From: Octopus sinensis
Taxonomy: Eukaryota
Reading direction: 5' to 3'
Assembly: GCF_006345805.1 (NCBI RefSeq)
Contig: NC_042999.1
Coordinates: forward strand, 149,854,001 to 149,918,000
Length of the DNA: 64,000 nucleotides
Part shown: positions 52,901-64,000 of the stretch, piece after piece
Position numbering within the stretch: the first letter of the stretch is position 1
Layout: every line of letters starts with the position of its first letter
The notes under the pieces: generated by a model
What the model saw: only the letters and a program-made list of their open reading frames with translations
Database searches by the model: none
What the model was told of the DNA's origin: nothing
Translations under genes and position numbers: made by a program

Positions 52901-55900
52901 ACTACTTTCTACAGACACGTCAGTAAAAGCATTTTGCCAAATTATGTTTAATCTAGCATCATCTGAATTATGTTGATTCCAATCTTTCATATTTGTTGGG
53001 TGATGTTGAAGATGGTAATCTGAAGACTTTTACCTGATTTCTTTGTGAATTCTAATGCGGTATTTGAATGCTAGATATTATTCTGAATTTATTTACTGAA
53101 TGAGTACTATTAGACAAAGGATACAAAGGAAAATTAAAAGTAACATATCAGAAAAATTACACAAATTGAGAAACAAATGTGTACATCTCATTTAGAAACT
53201 AGTAAAAATCTATGGGGCAGTTTTTCTGTAAGTGATAAAAATAAAGGAAACATTCCCCTCCCCTAAATATTGCTCACCCATTTATCTGCATTGTTTAGGA
53301 GCATTTGAGAAGGTTGCCACTGAATAAATTAAGAAAAAAATTAAATATCAAATAATAAAATTTATTGTAATTCAAAAATGTCACCAGTAGTGCATTAGAG
53401 ATTTTAAATATTATTTTAAATACGTTTTAAATACTGGGTGAAGGAAATACATACAACCACACACTACATGATAAAGTGTGCTGTGGTGCTTATGACCAAA
53501 TCTGAAGCATGGTATATGCAGAGTAGTGGACCTGTGAATTACTCTTGCATATCTGAGCAGCTGTTATTGCTCTACCATAACACTATTGCTTCAGCACAGT
53601 TGAACAGGATGTATGCATATATGTATGTGCACTGCAATGATGTAAACATACCAAGAAAACCAATAAGTATTTAGAAACTTTGAGACATGTGATATAATCT
53701 GATTTTAACTGTAAAACTCAAAGTAGATAAAGCTATAAGTAATAGCATGTAGAATGCTGAGTTATAAAAACCCAGGAACCATAAAATGAAAAAAAAAAAG
53801 CCAAAGGGCTTCCAATGAGAGCTGAACTCAAATCTGGGCAGCCTTTGACTTTTCCTATCCAAAGCCTTTTCTTTTTAACGCAGGATTCTACATACTATCA
53901 TTTATAGCTATATCTACGAGTTCCACACTTGAAATTGAATTATACCAACTAATGTGACTACATATAGAGAGAATAGGGTTAAGTGCAAGTTAATATACTT
54001 ATTATTTCAGTTGAACAATAAGGAATAAATTAAATGAGATGAAATAAAAATGATTTCTTACAAAATCAAATAATTTACAAGTCAATTTTTTGAGAAACAA
54101 ACAACAAATTTTCTTTTTCTTTGTTTGAAATTTCAAATTATGCATGAATAGAGTTTACTTCATTGTTCTGTGATCTTAAGGTTTATCTCTCTGCAAGGCA
54201 TGTTGGACTTTTCTATTATAGCCTTCAGGTGACCTTGTAAATGAAATTGGTAGAGGGAATTGTAAGGAAGCTTGTTGCATGTGTGTGTGTGTGTGTGTAT
54301 GTCCATTGTCCATGTTGGTAAGGGCTGGACAGTCATCACAATCCAAGCGCTTGTTTTGAGTTTTGTTTTCTTGGGTATGGTCCCTTGACCACACATAAAA
54401 GAACAGTAACCCAACAAGAACTTCTGTCCATTTTCATTTCGAATATTTATGGCTGGGTACCTTTCCTAACACCAATTACTTAACCAGTGTACTGGGTGCA
54501 TATTTTCATAGCACAAGCATAAGAGAAGTTATGTTCTCCAAAATACAAGACTATAGAATCCTTCTAAACCCTATAATGTCTTTGTACAACCAGCTTGTTA
54601 ATTGTATGTATGAATAGTTGGGTGTGTGAGCATTTCCGCATTCCACATAAAAGCACTGAGCTAAAAGATGGTGTTGTTTGTTGGCATTTCCTGTCAACAA
54701 ATCAGGTGTCTTTCAAAGATATTTGAAATAAAAGATCTCTTGCTTGAAATAGTTAGCGATGGAAAGGGTTTCTGACTCAATATGTATTTGAGTAACTCAG
54801 TGGTTCTCAATGCGGGTGGCACCATCCTTGTGGGGCAGAGAAATGGTCCAGGGGAGTACTGAAGAAAAATGGGGTGATAATGAGGTGGCCAAAAAATATC
54901 ACTGGATGGCAATGACCCCTTTCTTTTTCAATGGCACATTCAGGTTTAGAGAACAGAAAAAAAAAAAAAGAAAAATTTAGTGACAAAGCTGGTCATAAAA
55001 CTACCTAGAAAGCCGAAAACATGACACTGAACAAAAACAACAACAATGACAAGAATAACATCAACAACAATGACAAGAACAACAACAACAAAATGAAAAG
55101 AAAAAAATGAATACATTCCCGCCACTGACCACCTTTGGTGCCAATGCCAAATACATGTGTATGTGTATATGTAAGTGTACATGTATATGTGTGTGTGCAT
55201 ATATATATATAAAGAATTATTTAAATTAAAGAAAAAAATTGAATTAAGAAAAAACATCTAAGTTGGGTTCATACAAATATATAAGTATATGTAGATTTGT
55301 GCACTTATGTTAGAAAATCTTAGGGGGTGGGGGGATTTTGGTTGGAGACGGGGGAAGTTTTAGGTAATTTCTAAGTGCTTGTTTAGGTCAAAACTGTAAA
55401 AATGCTTTTTTTATGTATATTATGGGGATAATTTATGATGAAGGTGAAAGGCGTGAAGTTGGGGAGATATTTTTTAACTGTCACCCCCCTCCCCAAAAAA
55501 ACAAACTAGACAAAAATATTGGTTATTTTTGATTAAAAATACCAGTTTGTGGTATTTAGATATCAGTAATGAGTAAGCAAGAATAATCGAGGAAGAACTG
55601 GTTTCAATTTTAAAGGACATTGAGCTGTGTCCAAAGTTCAAAAAATCATATCAGTATTTTTGATTGCAAAAGAATGGTTCTGATTGCTACCCTGCACTGA
55701 TGAACAAAGACAAAATGTACTTCTTGCTTTCTGCCTAGCTTCTTTCTAAGCAAAGGAACAGACTGAAAATATTGTGAAATACAATTGTTTTTAATTTGTA
55801 GGAGAAAGGGGTACTAGGATTGCGGATTGGGTACCAAGCAGGTAGCAATCTGAAAAAGTTTGAGAACCACTGGTCTAACTCATGCCAACTTGGGAAAATG

Positions 55901-55924
55901 GGTGTTAAATGAAAGAATAAACTC

Positions 55925-55957
<33 letters not shown>

Positions 55958-56473
55958 AGTAAGATAAAAACAGAGAGGATTGAACAAATATTTTTCAAAA
56001 TTTTTTTTTATTGATTAAAATTTCTGTTTTAGAATCTCCACCCACCCATTCAACACTTTAAGCTTAAGATGTTTTCTGTTAATTTAAGTATTTGAAATTT
56101 CAAACTGAGAAAAAGTTGTACAGGATTGAAGACAAAATTTCTACATCTGATTATATTATCAAAAATTAAATCAAAGAGCATCACTTTGACAATGTGTATT
56201 ATCATCACTGATGTAAGAATTTAATATCAAGAAAACTGGACAAAAATGTACCTTATTTCACAATTATCATGTTTGGCTTGCAACAATGTTATAATATACT
56301 TTCTACAACTTATACCAAGATGAAGGTTCCATATTGTCACCACCAGCCTGGCTTGATATAGTTCAACATAAATCAGGAAAGAAAGTTTTTTTTTTTTCAG
56401 TATTGACCAAGAAAATGACTTACCTTAGTGTCGATTCATGGGCCGAATCATAGAGAGAACTTATCTGTGCCAT
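21616..56473 (-). CDS. per: period circadian protein gene, 21 coding exons, ~1466 aa (span of joined CDS)
   Basis: Exons joined by hand: every junction is GT..AG with matching phase and the total is 4401 nt (divisible by 3). PER motifs: PSTSGCSS; IKSMLPPSKGRGKKTGTLSALQHVI; PAS-B LLGFLPQDLIGMSIFELYHPDDL; PAC SEPYRLRTRNQSWVYVETEWSATLNQWSKRLE; TYEQLNYSYNIRRF; LTPEVLRMHTQ; Period_C DPFWLQ..MKYTVP..LLKED..L..Q. Confidence 0.95.
23386..23622 (-). CDS. per: per exon 20, Period_C module 1
   Basis: 237 nt; DPFWLQNTNWSTNIRMKYTVPHKSLKHLLKEDNERLNTLYQSKVVQEQL. Confidence 0.93.
23901..24041 (-). CDS. per: per exon 19 (NLQGALSK...SSSLMYLLETGS...PCPD)
   Basis: 141 nt; phase 0/0. Confidence 0.85.
24733..24926 (-). 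CDS. per: per exon 18 (MPFVATQLVGRF...SMMSSR)
   Basis: 194 nt; phase 1 in matches exon 17; ORF 24598-24924. Confidence 0.8.
27679..28381 (-). CDS. per: per exon 17 (VLVSDQE...SLTPEVLRMHTQLQERLY...Q/P-rich), CK1-binding motif B
   Basis: 703 nt open frame containing ORF 27650-28216; LTxEVLxxHT motif. Confidence 0.92.
28824..28909 (-). CDS. per: per exon 16 (CSDFCADTDFVPVDIPILNPPSFGSSTK)
   Basis: 86 nt; phases fit; gtaagt donor. Confidence 0.88.
30177..30253 (-). CDS. per: per exon 15 (FLLSQPKTYHSDNSDKEDSKQVKSE)
   Basis: 77 nt; completes NIRRFLLSQP. Confidence 0.88.
31703..31815 (-). CDS. per: per exon 14 (…SVTYEQLNYSYNIR), CK1-binding motif A
   Basis: 113 nt; YxQLNY conserved motif. Confidence 0.9.
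32969..33048 (-). CDS. per: per exon 13 (TCRSEVQSKEGFMTAGSFVDDVIYCP)
   Basis: 80 nt; phase 1 in, phase 0 out; gtaagt donor. Confidence 0.8.
34157..34389 (-). CDS. per: per exon 12 (IPENPNVFDE...IQEILLQ...)
   Basis: 233 nt; xPxNxxVF and IxxxLLQ motifs follow PAC in PER proteins. Confidence 0.88.
34866..35019 (-). CDS. per: per exon 11, PAC (VSTQGFRFKSEPYRLRTRNQSWVYVETEWSATLNQWSKRLEDVNGQHTVV)
   Basis: 154 nt; matches the PER PAC consensus ETxWSxFxNPWS. Confidence 0.95.
36476..36582 (-). CDS. per: per exon 10, PAS-B core (AITLLGFLPQDLIGMSIFELYHPDDLTYLQTVYQK)
   Basis: Diagnostic PER PAS-B sequence; 107 nt. Confidence 0.96.
36631..36728 (+). mobile_element. 3' fragment of the 11787-12014 MITE family
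   Basis: Near-identical atgataact..ttattttactaaattctttgtta…gaaagggttaa. Confidence 0.75.
37426..37501 (-). CDS. per: per exon 9, PAS-B start (CSMPKDFTFSTTHNLYCNLSLISN)
   Basis: 76 nt; long poly-T acceptor, gtgagt donor; FSTTH matches the PAS-B FxTxH motif. Confidence 0.9.
37934..38121 (-). CDS. per: per exon 8, PAS-A end (YYKNLNDGYGLKRQDKFCAFQ...ILRCVPLQSAYI)
   Basis: 188 nt; overlaps ORF 37845-38108; splice sites and phases fit. Confidence 0.9.
39826..39862 (-). CDS. per: per exon 7, 37-nt small exon (KQKENTIYFRL)
   Basis: Phase 1 in, phase 2 out; IYFRLR matches the PAS-A FFCR-type strand. Confidence 0.85.
40281..40401 (-). CDS. per: per exon 6, PAS-A (DSWRGHLLTSFTSRKD...)
   Basis: 121 nt; CAG|gtgaga donor; continues the PAS-A frame. 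Confidence 0.9.
40472..40745 (+). mobile_element. hAT/Charlie-like MITE left fragment
   Basis: Starts CAGTGGTTCTCAA (Charlie-type TIR); right TIR not seen. Confidence 0.5.
40847..40930 (-). CDS. per: per exon 5, PAS-A start (GSFVLAVTLDCRVDSVHASLLKFLGYPK)
   Basis: 84 nt, PAS-type LGYP motif, gtaagt donor. Confidence 0.9.
41712..41821 (-). CDS. per: per exon 4 (NKDDSKFSFEDS...EEELRP)
   Basis: 110 nt open in frame; cag acceptor, gtaagt donor. Confidence 0.85.
42651..42817 (-). CDS. per: per exon 3 (SMHVTGNEFRQIKKEKVKAYIQQIKSMLPPSKGRGKKTGTLSALQHVIDKLKKLK)
   Basis: Conserved N-terminal PER helix-like block; 167 nt; splice sites fit the phases. Confidence 0.92.
43763..43837 (-). CDS. per: per exon 2 (GSSSSVSISLSSETTDDQPSTSGC)
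   Basis: ttttcag acceptor, CAG|gtatgt donor, 75 nt, PSTSGC motif. Confidence 0.9.
44724..45115 (+). mobile_element. tRNA-derived-like SINE, near full length
   Basis: A/B-box-like head (gtggctgtgtggtaag…ggttccagctcagtcc) and (AAAAGAAT)n tail. Family fragments at ~30810-31080, 41050-41370, 42935-43330, 43480-43680, 59700-60230, 63140-63300, 63780-63930. Confidence 0.75.
49870..50160 (-). mobile_element. RTE LINE 3' fragment
   Basis: Translates to …KTWDEVVKHELQTLGHTEAMTKD…, the same C-terminus as the 14.3 kb LINE. Confidence 0.8.
54798..55872. mobile_element. non-autonomous hAT/Charlie-like element (1075 bp)
   Basis: Perfect 13-bp TIRs CAGTGGTTCTCAA / TTGAGAACCACTG; 8-bp flanks gagtaact / gtctaact (6/8 match). 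Confidence 0.65.
56424..56473 (-). CDS. per: per coding exon 1 (MAQISSLYDSAHESTL+AG); whole exon 56424-56502 including 5' UTR
   Basis: Acceptor ttgttttag at 56503, ATG in context GCCATGG, donor AAG|gtaagt. Phase 2 matches exon 2. DSAH resembles the N-terminal DSAY of insect PER. Confidence 0.75.
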
Positions 56474-58369
56474 GGCAAAACTTCCGACCAGTTGGGCTGA
56501 TCCTAAAACAAATAAATTCAACAGTATTACAAATCATTGTCATTATTATTATTGTTATACAGGAGATGATTTACATGCAAGACTCATTTATATATTTTTT
56601 TATAATAATAATAAAAAAAAGAAAAATTTTAGGATCTATGTAGAAATTAATACAAAAATAAAACTAATAAATGCAGTGTATTACAACACATTGTTTCCTG
56701 ATGAGTCCCAAGTTGGTCATGATTGAGTAGATCTATGATCAAAGGCAGTCCAACTGTGAACATCCTGTCATTTTAATGTATGCAAGGAACCTAGGATTAC
56801 ATTATCCAATGTGTGTCTTTTCTAAGATAACAGAGTATGATTCGAGGGGGATTTGGCTCTAACACCAAAAAGGCTCCCATGATAACAGATTAGCTTCAGT
56901 TTACTTTTCAGAAAACAGTTTTAACAGCTCAGAAACAACAACAGTACATTCTAGATATAACTTATTTGTGAGATAGGCAGGGTAGACAAAGACATGGCTG
57001 CAAGAACAACACAATGATAAAATCAATTACCCAACATTCAGATGAATGTTTTGTGTATGAACATGAAGTCTTGCTGAGATGATTTTTGTGGTTAGTGTTA
57101 ACAAGAGATTCCTGTGGTGTAAACAATCTTTCATATTTTGGAAAAGGAATGATAACTGTGTGTGTGAAAGAGAGAGGGGGAAGAGAGAAATGGCATGCAC
57201 ACACATACATATGTGTGCACACAGACAATTTAATACTTGGTGGTGGTTTCTAATTAAACTGCGGAATATCCATAGGGGTTAGCTAGCAAAATTAAGTTTT
57301 GTGAGACTTTTTGTCACATTAATCCAAATTTTATGCATAACAATTTTATGCATGCATTTTACCTATACTGAGTATTAGAATTATTCTAATAAGAATTGAA
57401 ATCATAACTAAGCAGCTGTTAAAACTTGGGCTTTAACAAAAATTCTCAGAGAAAAATGTACATCTTATACAGCAAATAGATGATTTCATTTATATCGTAT
57501 TTCCTCCAGTGTAAGGCTTTAATAAACAAACTATAGATAAACATTTTTTTATAAGTGATACAAAAATATGAGAATATATTTACAGATGGTTCTGCAGATC
57601 TAAATGTGCTTCTTTATTACCCTACTAATCTCCCATCATGTCACAAGTTAGAGGAATAGCATCACATTGGATCTGTCAGTATTCAACCCACACCTACCAT
57701 CATCCAATTTTATTACCAACTTCCTCTTGTTCTCACTCTTCCTCTCCAATCATGCACTACTGACATCCATCACTCCAGCTCTCTTACTTTCACCTACTTT
57801 TATCCATCATTATCACTCATTCATTCTCTCACCACTGTTTCTACTCATGCTGTTCTTAATTAATCTTCTTACAAACAGCCAGCATTAAGTTATCACTTTC
57901 TTTACTATCTCTCTCTCTTTCACTCACTTTGGTTCTCCTTTAATCACTCTTCTACTTACCAAAGGACAAGACAAGCCAGAGCTTCTAGTGGACAAATGAA
58001 CACAGACAACATAAGACAGTGAAGGCTAATCTAGCTGACTAACACCGCAATGAATGCACACTCAGTACACTGTACTGGTTCCATGTCATTGTGGTCGGTC
58101 AATGACTGAAGACAACGTAGGGTAGGACATGATGACCTTTCTAGTGCTGATACCATAATAAAATATACTAAGTAGGTTCTGTAAAATTATTAGCAGTAAG
58201 AAGGATAACAGCCATAGAAAATATTGTCAAAAATGGAATATACAAAATATTCTGTATATTCATGTATGTTGAAAATCTAAGCCTCATAAGTGAATAGGAA
58301 TTCCAAACAGGGAAGCAGCATCTGGAGACAAGAGGCCTCTCAAAGTAAATCTATCAAGGGCAAAAGTTT

Positions 58370-58810
58370 TAATTAGCAAGAAAAATCACAAGGCTACTGT
58401 CATCAGGGAGGCAGTCATGTTCAATTTGCAGAAAAGGAGTAGGTAGGAACTCTGCATGAAATGTAAATTGCAGGGGCACAATAGATGCAATTGCAGAAGT
58501 ATAGCAGTAAAAGGAAGATGAAAAAAAAAAAAAAAAGAGAATCAGATGTAGCATAAAAGAGAGGAAATGACACTCATACAAACATGTGATGTATGAATAG
58601 AAGAAGACAGCTAAAGAAACAAGTGCCTAACAAACCAAATGAAAAGAAGCAGTGGAAAAGGAAGGCCAAAGAAGACGTGGAAAGAAGTGCTGAAAGCTGA
58701 TCTCAAGAGATTGACCTCAACGAGGAGATGACAAAAGACCACAACAAATGGTAAGACAATTGGCTCAAGAAAACCTGGCAACCCATGCGATCATGAAAAT
58801 GACGTAAAAT
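58370..58810 (+). mobile_element. internally deleted RTE LINE fragment
   Basis: CSICRKGVGRNS and GKGRPKKTWKEVLKADL remnants, followed by an RTE-like tail. Confidence 0.75.
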
Positions 58811-61800
58811 TGACAATTATCATAATAGCGATTATATGTACACACACACACACATGCATGTGCACACATCTGCACTTGCATGCATGCACACACACACACT
58901 ACCTCTAAAAGAAATACTGTTACCTTCTTTTTTTATGACAGGGGAGAAGGCAGCACCTATGACTTTGACTTTGGCAGGAGGAAATTATTCAAAAACTAGA
59001 AACATGGTCTAAATATTTGCAATGCAGTGTACTTTGCTAAAGGCATCCTAAGGCCAGGTGGTGGTAGAGGTAAACAACCTGGTTAAATCTATTTTAATTC
59101 ACTAAATAAAATTAAGCTTACATTAACCAATTTAATCCAGTTTTGTGTCAAACACAATAGCGTGAGAAGGAAAAAGGACAAAAAAAGTTATTTCTGATCT
59201 ATATATTCATTATTCTCTTAGCTCTCTAATCTTAATAAGAACTTGGAATTTTGTGAAACAAAAGCAAAGTAGTTAAAAATAGACGAAAAAGCTATTTATT
59301 TCGTTTCTCCGTTATATAAAATACAGGTTTAGGAAAGCGGACAGAAAAGAATTATCTAGATTCAATAGACAAAGAAAATAATTCACACTAAGTTCATAAA
59401 TTATTTATTTTTAACTTTCAGCCTGGGAACCTTGTTCTGATAACAGGTTTCTTATGAATGTCCTTTCTTTTTTATTTGGTTACCCGAACATGTGAAAGAG
59501 TGAGCAATGATTGGTAAAGTTTTTCAATTTCCCCTACCCTCCCTCCAAATCTGATGATTTACAAATCAAAGCAGTATCAAACAATAGTCACAAGAAACAA
59601 ATTCAGTTTCAATATATGATATACTCTACATCAAGTATTGAGTACTCTCCATTCATTTATAAACTTTAACATTTGAATGTTTGTGTGTGCGTGCATGCAT
59701 GCATGTATTTGGCACATCTGTATGGTTAAGAAGCTCACATTGCAACATGATTTTGGATTCATTCCCAGTGCGACACCTTGTGCAAGTGTCTTCTATTATC
59801 GTCCCTCCACTGACCAATGCATTGAGAGTGAATTTGTAAGAAAGCCCATCATGTGTGTGTGTGCATGCAAGTTCAACATGTAGCACTGTTAATTCAGACA
59901 CTTTTTTTTTTCTCTCAGAAGTGTATAGGGTTGAAATGTCAAAAGTGTTCTTCCATTTTCCCAGAGTGTCAAACTAATACCCCTCCCTACCAATTTGTTG
60001 TTCTTTTACCTGTCTTTTCTTTTTGTAGATTTTTAAACCATAAACACAGTTTGTATGAGTGTGTCTTTGTGTATGTAAGTCTCCCACCCACTGTTTGACA
60101 GCCAGTGTTGGTTTGTTTACATCCCTGTAACTTAGCAATTTTGGCAAAAGAGACAGAATAGGCACCAGACCCTTCAAGGTGGTAACCCAGTTCTTCACTT
60201 TTTGAAGCACTAGAGCCATGAATATGAATCTAATATCTCAGATTTATCTAATCACAAATTATCCTTAGAGAGAGAATACCCAAAATTGATAGAAATAATT
60301 ATAACAGAGGTTTTAGACAGGAAACGAGAATCTAAATATAGCTATATGCTGTTCAAAGTTAATATTCTTGCGCTTAGTTATAACATATGTGGTTTTATCT
60401 TGGCATGAAATAACCATGTTTGTCTGGATACATTTTGGCACTAAATCAAATATATAATTTATTTCAAACTGACTGACTTTCTTCAACTTTGCATATTTTT
60501 CTATTTAGAAAAAACAAAAAATTTTCAATTCTTTTGCATGAAAGATTTGAAACTGCTGAAAGTTTCCAACTGTAAAAACAACATTCTTGGCACAAGTGAA
60601 AATCAAGATGATAAACTTCATACATGTTAAGTCAAAGTCGTAACTTTTATAAGAGAAAATTATCATACTTGTTCCTCCTTTCAAAACAATGATATTTAAA
60701 AAAGCAATAGCCAAAATTAAACCAAATGACAGAAGATAAAATCATTTCTACATACTGTGTTCAAATTTTGGCACAAGATCAGCAATTTCAGGGAGCGGGA
60801 ATAAGTGAATTACAACAAGCCCAGTACTCATCTGGTACTTGTTAGGAGCAACAAAAGAAATATTCCATCCAGTGAGCTATAGATATCATCAAAATCCTGT
60901 GTATACCAAATGATGTATACATATGGGGAGGTAGTTCAGTTAATCATACAACTTGAATTGTCATCATGAAACTGACAAAGATACCTATCCACAATGTGTG
61001 TGCGTGCGCGTATATATACATTGAAGGCTCTCACCTCTGTAAAACTGACTTCTAGAAACAATATATGCCATCACAGCGTTTATATGCGTGCACATATGGG
61101 CATGCTGTCCAGTCTCCTCCTTACCACTCATACTACACCCACTGTAGCTTCCCCTTGATTCCATTCAATTTTCTTGCTACCTAGAGCCATTTAACTGTTA
61201 GCCATTATTCATTCATTAATTAATTATTGCTCTCTTCACCCACATGACACTGTTCTCCCACCACTGAACCATCAAAGTATTTCCCTTCATGCACTATGCC
61301 TATTTCTGCCCACTTCTTTTCAACACATTTATCAAAACCATAAATAGCAAAATTTCAGCACTGAAATAGCAGCAAATTGCAAATTCTAAAATAAATGTCC
61401 AAATTTGGAAACTAGACAAGCTTTCAAAGCAAAAAAATATTCACATTAAAAGCTAAAAATACAATTTTAATTTGTGAAAAAAAAAAAACGCACATACACA
61501 CACACAATAAAATACTATATGCAGTTAAACGGTTTTCAAATGAGCATGTTTTTAACATCAAAGTAAGAGTATAATTAATCGATTTCCCAAACTGCCAATC
61601 CCATGTTCACACTAATTAATAAACTGTTCACTTAAATCAATCAAACTTTACTTTGGCTGTTGCATGTTATTTCATAGGTTTCAAGGAACTTAATATGCAA
61701 ATAAGTATGAATGTACTTCAAGGGATGCAAAAATAAGCAAAGTAGGCAATTATCGATTAACTAACCTAGCCTTACAGGCCAATACCAGGCAATCAATTGC

Positions 61801-64000
61801 TGATTATCTATAATGTAAATATGGACTGTGTATTGTAATTAATCGCCCTCACCATTTAATGATGCCATGACTTGTGATGGTATAGGGCATTCACTTAAGA
61901 ATTCCTATATTTGGTTACTAAAGCACTGGGAATGAGATTAAATTACACTGATTAGATTATATGTTCTTGGAAATAGGTTTTAATTTATTATATATATTAT
62001 TGAATCCACTGTTTATAGAATTTCTCTGTAACCCATGGTTTTCTTGCTCCAGCATACATGCCTATCAATAAGAACATAATCTGACTTATACCAAAAGGCT
62101 GAAACCAATCATTTAGCAAAATGGCTAATTACTTGGTGCAACCATAGCTGCTTTATTAATTAAAATCCTATCTCTATACGTAACCAACAAAAGTTATTTA
62201 TAAATATCCAGCATAAACATATTTCAAGTAGATGGCATTATCTAAAATTCTTCACCTGTGTATAACCAACATAAACACTTCACTGCAATGTGGAAATGTC
62301 AAGAAGAGATGACATTTCTTTATATCTTTTGATAAAGCATATTCTACTTTGCTTCAATTTTGTTCTTTTTTTTTTATCTCTTTCTTGTAAAGCAATGTAC
62401 AGAAAATGCTAATGTGAAATTAATGGATGTGGTGGAAAGGGGTGGGGAGTCCTTCAATGTGCATGTTTTGAACGTATATCTGAACATGTATTGGCATCAA
62501 CCATTAAGTGCTTGTGTATCAATCTATTTTTTTCAGCTTTGGATACTCAGTTTCACATTAACCAAGGAATAAATACTAAACTATTCATCCAAATAAATTA
62601 ATGTAGTCAGACTATTCTCAAGTATTGCACTGTATTCTACATGACTCAGTGAAGCTGAAGTGAAATTAATCATTACTGATGCTTCACTGAGCAGCTGGCA
62701 TTAACTAAGATCTTTCATCCATAAATAACCAATATAAACACACATGTACACACCATTTGGCTGGCATTAACTAAGATCCTTGAGCTATAAATAACCAGCA
62801 TAAACAGGGAACAAGCACAACGGTCAAGTGAACATGACATCAGTTCATTAGTTTATATATATCATTAGACAATTTTTTATCCATGAAAAATTTTTTTAAA
62901 TAAAATAAAAATTAATGTTTTCTTTACTTCAATTTAATAGTTAAGTAGACAGGCTCCAACTAATAATTTACAAATTAACATTATGAATCCTAAGAACTAT
63001 TAAAGATCTGTAGCACAATATTTATGTTAAATTAATCTAATCAAGGAGCTTCTAAATAGTTGCTCTAACAGTATTCATTATAGTAGTGAAATATCTTTAA
63101 AGCTCAAAACTCAGACATAACTGCGAGGCTAAGAAGTTTAATTCCCAATCATATGGTTTCATGTTCAATCGCACTGCAAGGTACCTTGGGAAGTGTCTAC
63201 TTCTATAGCTCTGGGGTTGACTAAAGCCTTGTAAGTTTGGTAGAGGAAAACAAAGAGGCCCATTGATATATATATATATATATATCTGTATAGGTGTGCT
63301 TGGTGTGTGTTAGTGTCACGTTGCATCAGTATCAGACAAGCGAGAGTTGATGACATGAAGGACAACCGTCCATAGAAAAGAGGCATCAACAAATTTTGTC
63401 CAATCCATGCATGGACAGGTGGATGTCAAAATGATGATAACTCTATATTTTAAGGGTCAAACCAACATACCTGCTGATCAGTTCTATGGAGTTGCTCAAC
63501 AGTTACCTCAACTAGAGTACTCAAAGTCAACATTATCACCATTGTTTTAACATCCATTTTTCCATGCTTGGATGATACTTGATGATGCAGAATTTTTATG
63601 GCTGGAAGCCCTTCCTGTCACCAACACTTGCCAGTATTCAAACAAGATTACACTCCCCTATGGCTGGACATGTTTTCTTTGAAAATTTTCAAAGGAAATA
63701 CACTGTATGATTGTGATACTCATTTTACAAGGATTGCATCAGAAATACAAAATCACACACAAGCATACATATATAGAGAGGGGTTCTTTCTGTTTCTATC
63801 TATCCAATTCTGCATGAAAAGCTTTGGTTGGCCTGGGGCTATAGTAAATGACACTTGCCCAAGGTGTCCTGCAGTGGAAAATAGCCTGAAACCAAGTGAT
63901 CAGAAAGCATACTTCCTAATCACAAAGCTATTCCTGTACATTGTAGAAGAAAAATAATTAAAACGATGTCATTATGCAAATATCCATGAACAGTAGAAAA

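Noticed and set aside
59460-59560. Possible per 5' non-coding exon (donor-like gg|gtaacc, CCAAT nearby)
   Set aside because: Weak signals only; indistinguishable from background.
63317-63322. Non-canonical E-box CACGTT upstream of per
   Set aside because: Single site inside a SINE-derived segment; no partner box.
17800-64000. Dozens of 60-180 aa ORFs in introns and intergenic DNA
   Set aside because: Low-complexity, repeat-derived, or antisense to per exons; no domain evidence.

Overview
Eukaryotic, very AT-rich, repeat-laden animal genomic DNA. The repeat families and gene structure suggest a coleoid cephalopod, probably Octopus (inference, no search run). Main content: (1) A minus-strand period (per) circadian clock gene, reconstructed by hand as 21 coding exons (ATG at 56473, stop at 21616-21618). 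All introns are GT-AG and phase-compatible; the CDS is 4401 nt, about 1466 aa. It has an N-terminal TSGCSS degron, PAS-A/PAS-B/PAC, CK1-binding motifs and TWO Period_C-like modules, plus a probable ~3.3 kb 3' UTR carrying an inverted pair of foldback elements. (2) A young full-length Ty3/Gypsy LTR retrotransposon of CsRn1 type (4377-9667) with 99% identical LTRs, a tRNA-Trp PBS, a CHCC Gag knuckle and a textbook -1 frameshift signal, but with disabling 1-bp deletions. (3) A decayed RTE LINE, a probable solo LTR, TTAA (piggyBac-like) and hAT-like MITEs, many SINE-like repeats and microsatellites. (4) A probable first coding exon of another minus-strand gene at 1617-1670. No rRNA, intact tRNA gene or CRISPR array was seen.
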